Below are positions 63,401 through 64,000 of a DNA stretch of 64,000 nucleotides, piece after piece; the stretch's first letter is position 1, and every line of letters begins with the position of its first letter. The position numbers and the translations under genes are program-made. The notes under the pieces were generated by a model. It saw only the letters and a program-made list of their open reading frames with translations. It was not told where the DNA came from and ran no database searches. Location of the stretch: assembly GCF_000143415.4 (NCBI RefSeq), contig NW_003314374.1, positions 500,561 to 564,560 of the forward strand, read 5' to 3'. This DNA comes from Selaginella moellendorffii. Lineage: Eukaryota; Plantae; Lycopodiophyta.

Positions 63401-63822
63401 AATTGGAAAGCATTGCTAACGGCTTTGAATATTGCTGAAGTTGGAGCTGGAGCTGGTGAATTTGGCGCCGACACTAGCATGACATCTTCACTTGAACTAG
63501 AAGAGGACGAGAGGATAACGACTGACTCTTGCTTCACATTCACTTTCGCTGGAGCGCATTTTGGCATTTTGACTGGAGATCCAAACACTCGAATCTCCTT
63601 CGACTTGGAATTTTGTAAATCCCATTGTTGTCCACCCTCGCCCACACCAGAAAGAAGAAACTCCGAGTATGCAACTATACCGGTGTCGTTGCGGATCACA
63701 GCCTCTAAAGAAATAGAGCCAAGACGAAGATCAAAACGCCGACATAAAAAACTTTCAGAAACAATACTCTGAGAGAATGAAAGAGGTGGGTGATCTCGAA
63801 AATGAAGAAGAAACCTCTCCAT
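60484..63822 (-). CDS. Mutator-like transposase (WRKY/GCM-like zinc finger, DDE, SWIM), near-intact
   Basis: QDVHNWCK...CGGHLDC...CRFC...C...GTHMHP; FDH, FMAD, CEFHW, TVNLSE; CTCPDF...PCKH. Introns 62292-62344 and 61762-61819. One in-frame TAG at 63256; gap 62554-62743. Confidence 0.88.
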
Positions 63823-64000
63823 CCTTCTCAATAGGTTTTGGAGTTCTCTCTCTTTATGCTACTTGTAAAAATCTATAGTGAAACATAATTGAAATTTAAA
63901 TAGAGTAATAAGAAGACAACGTACAAAATGAATTTAAATTCTATAGCAAATTTAACATGTGTAAGTGTGACAGTATTAATATTACTGTCATCTATTATGA

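Larger units (their letters stand above)
59389..64000 (-). mobile_element. Mutator-like transposon copy 2 (inverted; extends beyond the window)
   Basis: Terminus GGGCGCGGACCATACTTGAGCTC is the less-decayed reverse complement of 50136-50158; colinear with 45.7-50.16 kb. Confidence 0.92.

Noticed and set aside
45716-63822. One giant inverted repeat or foldback element
   Set aside because: Copy 1 has its own TSD, the copies sit in different host elements, and they differ in decay. They are two independent insertions.

Overview
Eukaryotic plant genomic DNA. The very short GT-AG introns, PLS-class PPR gene and cilium-related genes fit a flagellate-sperm land plant such as the lycophyte Selaginella (inference). 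The window has two parts. (1) 1-17.9 kb is gene-dense: importin-11 3' end, DDX11/ChlR1 helicase, YrdC, a minimal lipin, a CFAP20-like gene, NDUFAF5, VPS20, an F-box gene, a Chibby-like gene, a CML EF-hand gene and a 5'-truncated PPR gene. (2) 17.9-64 kb is a nested transposon stack of several Ty3/gypsy elements and two copies of a large Mutator-like DNA transposon. Main findings: (a) A complete 11.2-kb Mutator-like element (38959-50158, 9-bp TSD) carries, besides its WRKY/GCM-DDE-SWIM transposase, a ParB-like + beta-class DNA amino-methyltransferase-like gene, three related SGS3/zf-XS-like zinc-finger genes and a CpG-rich 96-bp tandem-repeat island. This is a candidate transposon-encoded epigenetic/anti-silencing kit. 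(b) A chromovirus has its integrase split by two apparent spliceosomal introns. All family assignments come from reading motifs by eye; no searches were run.
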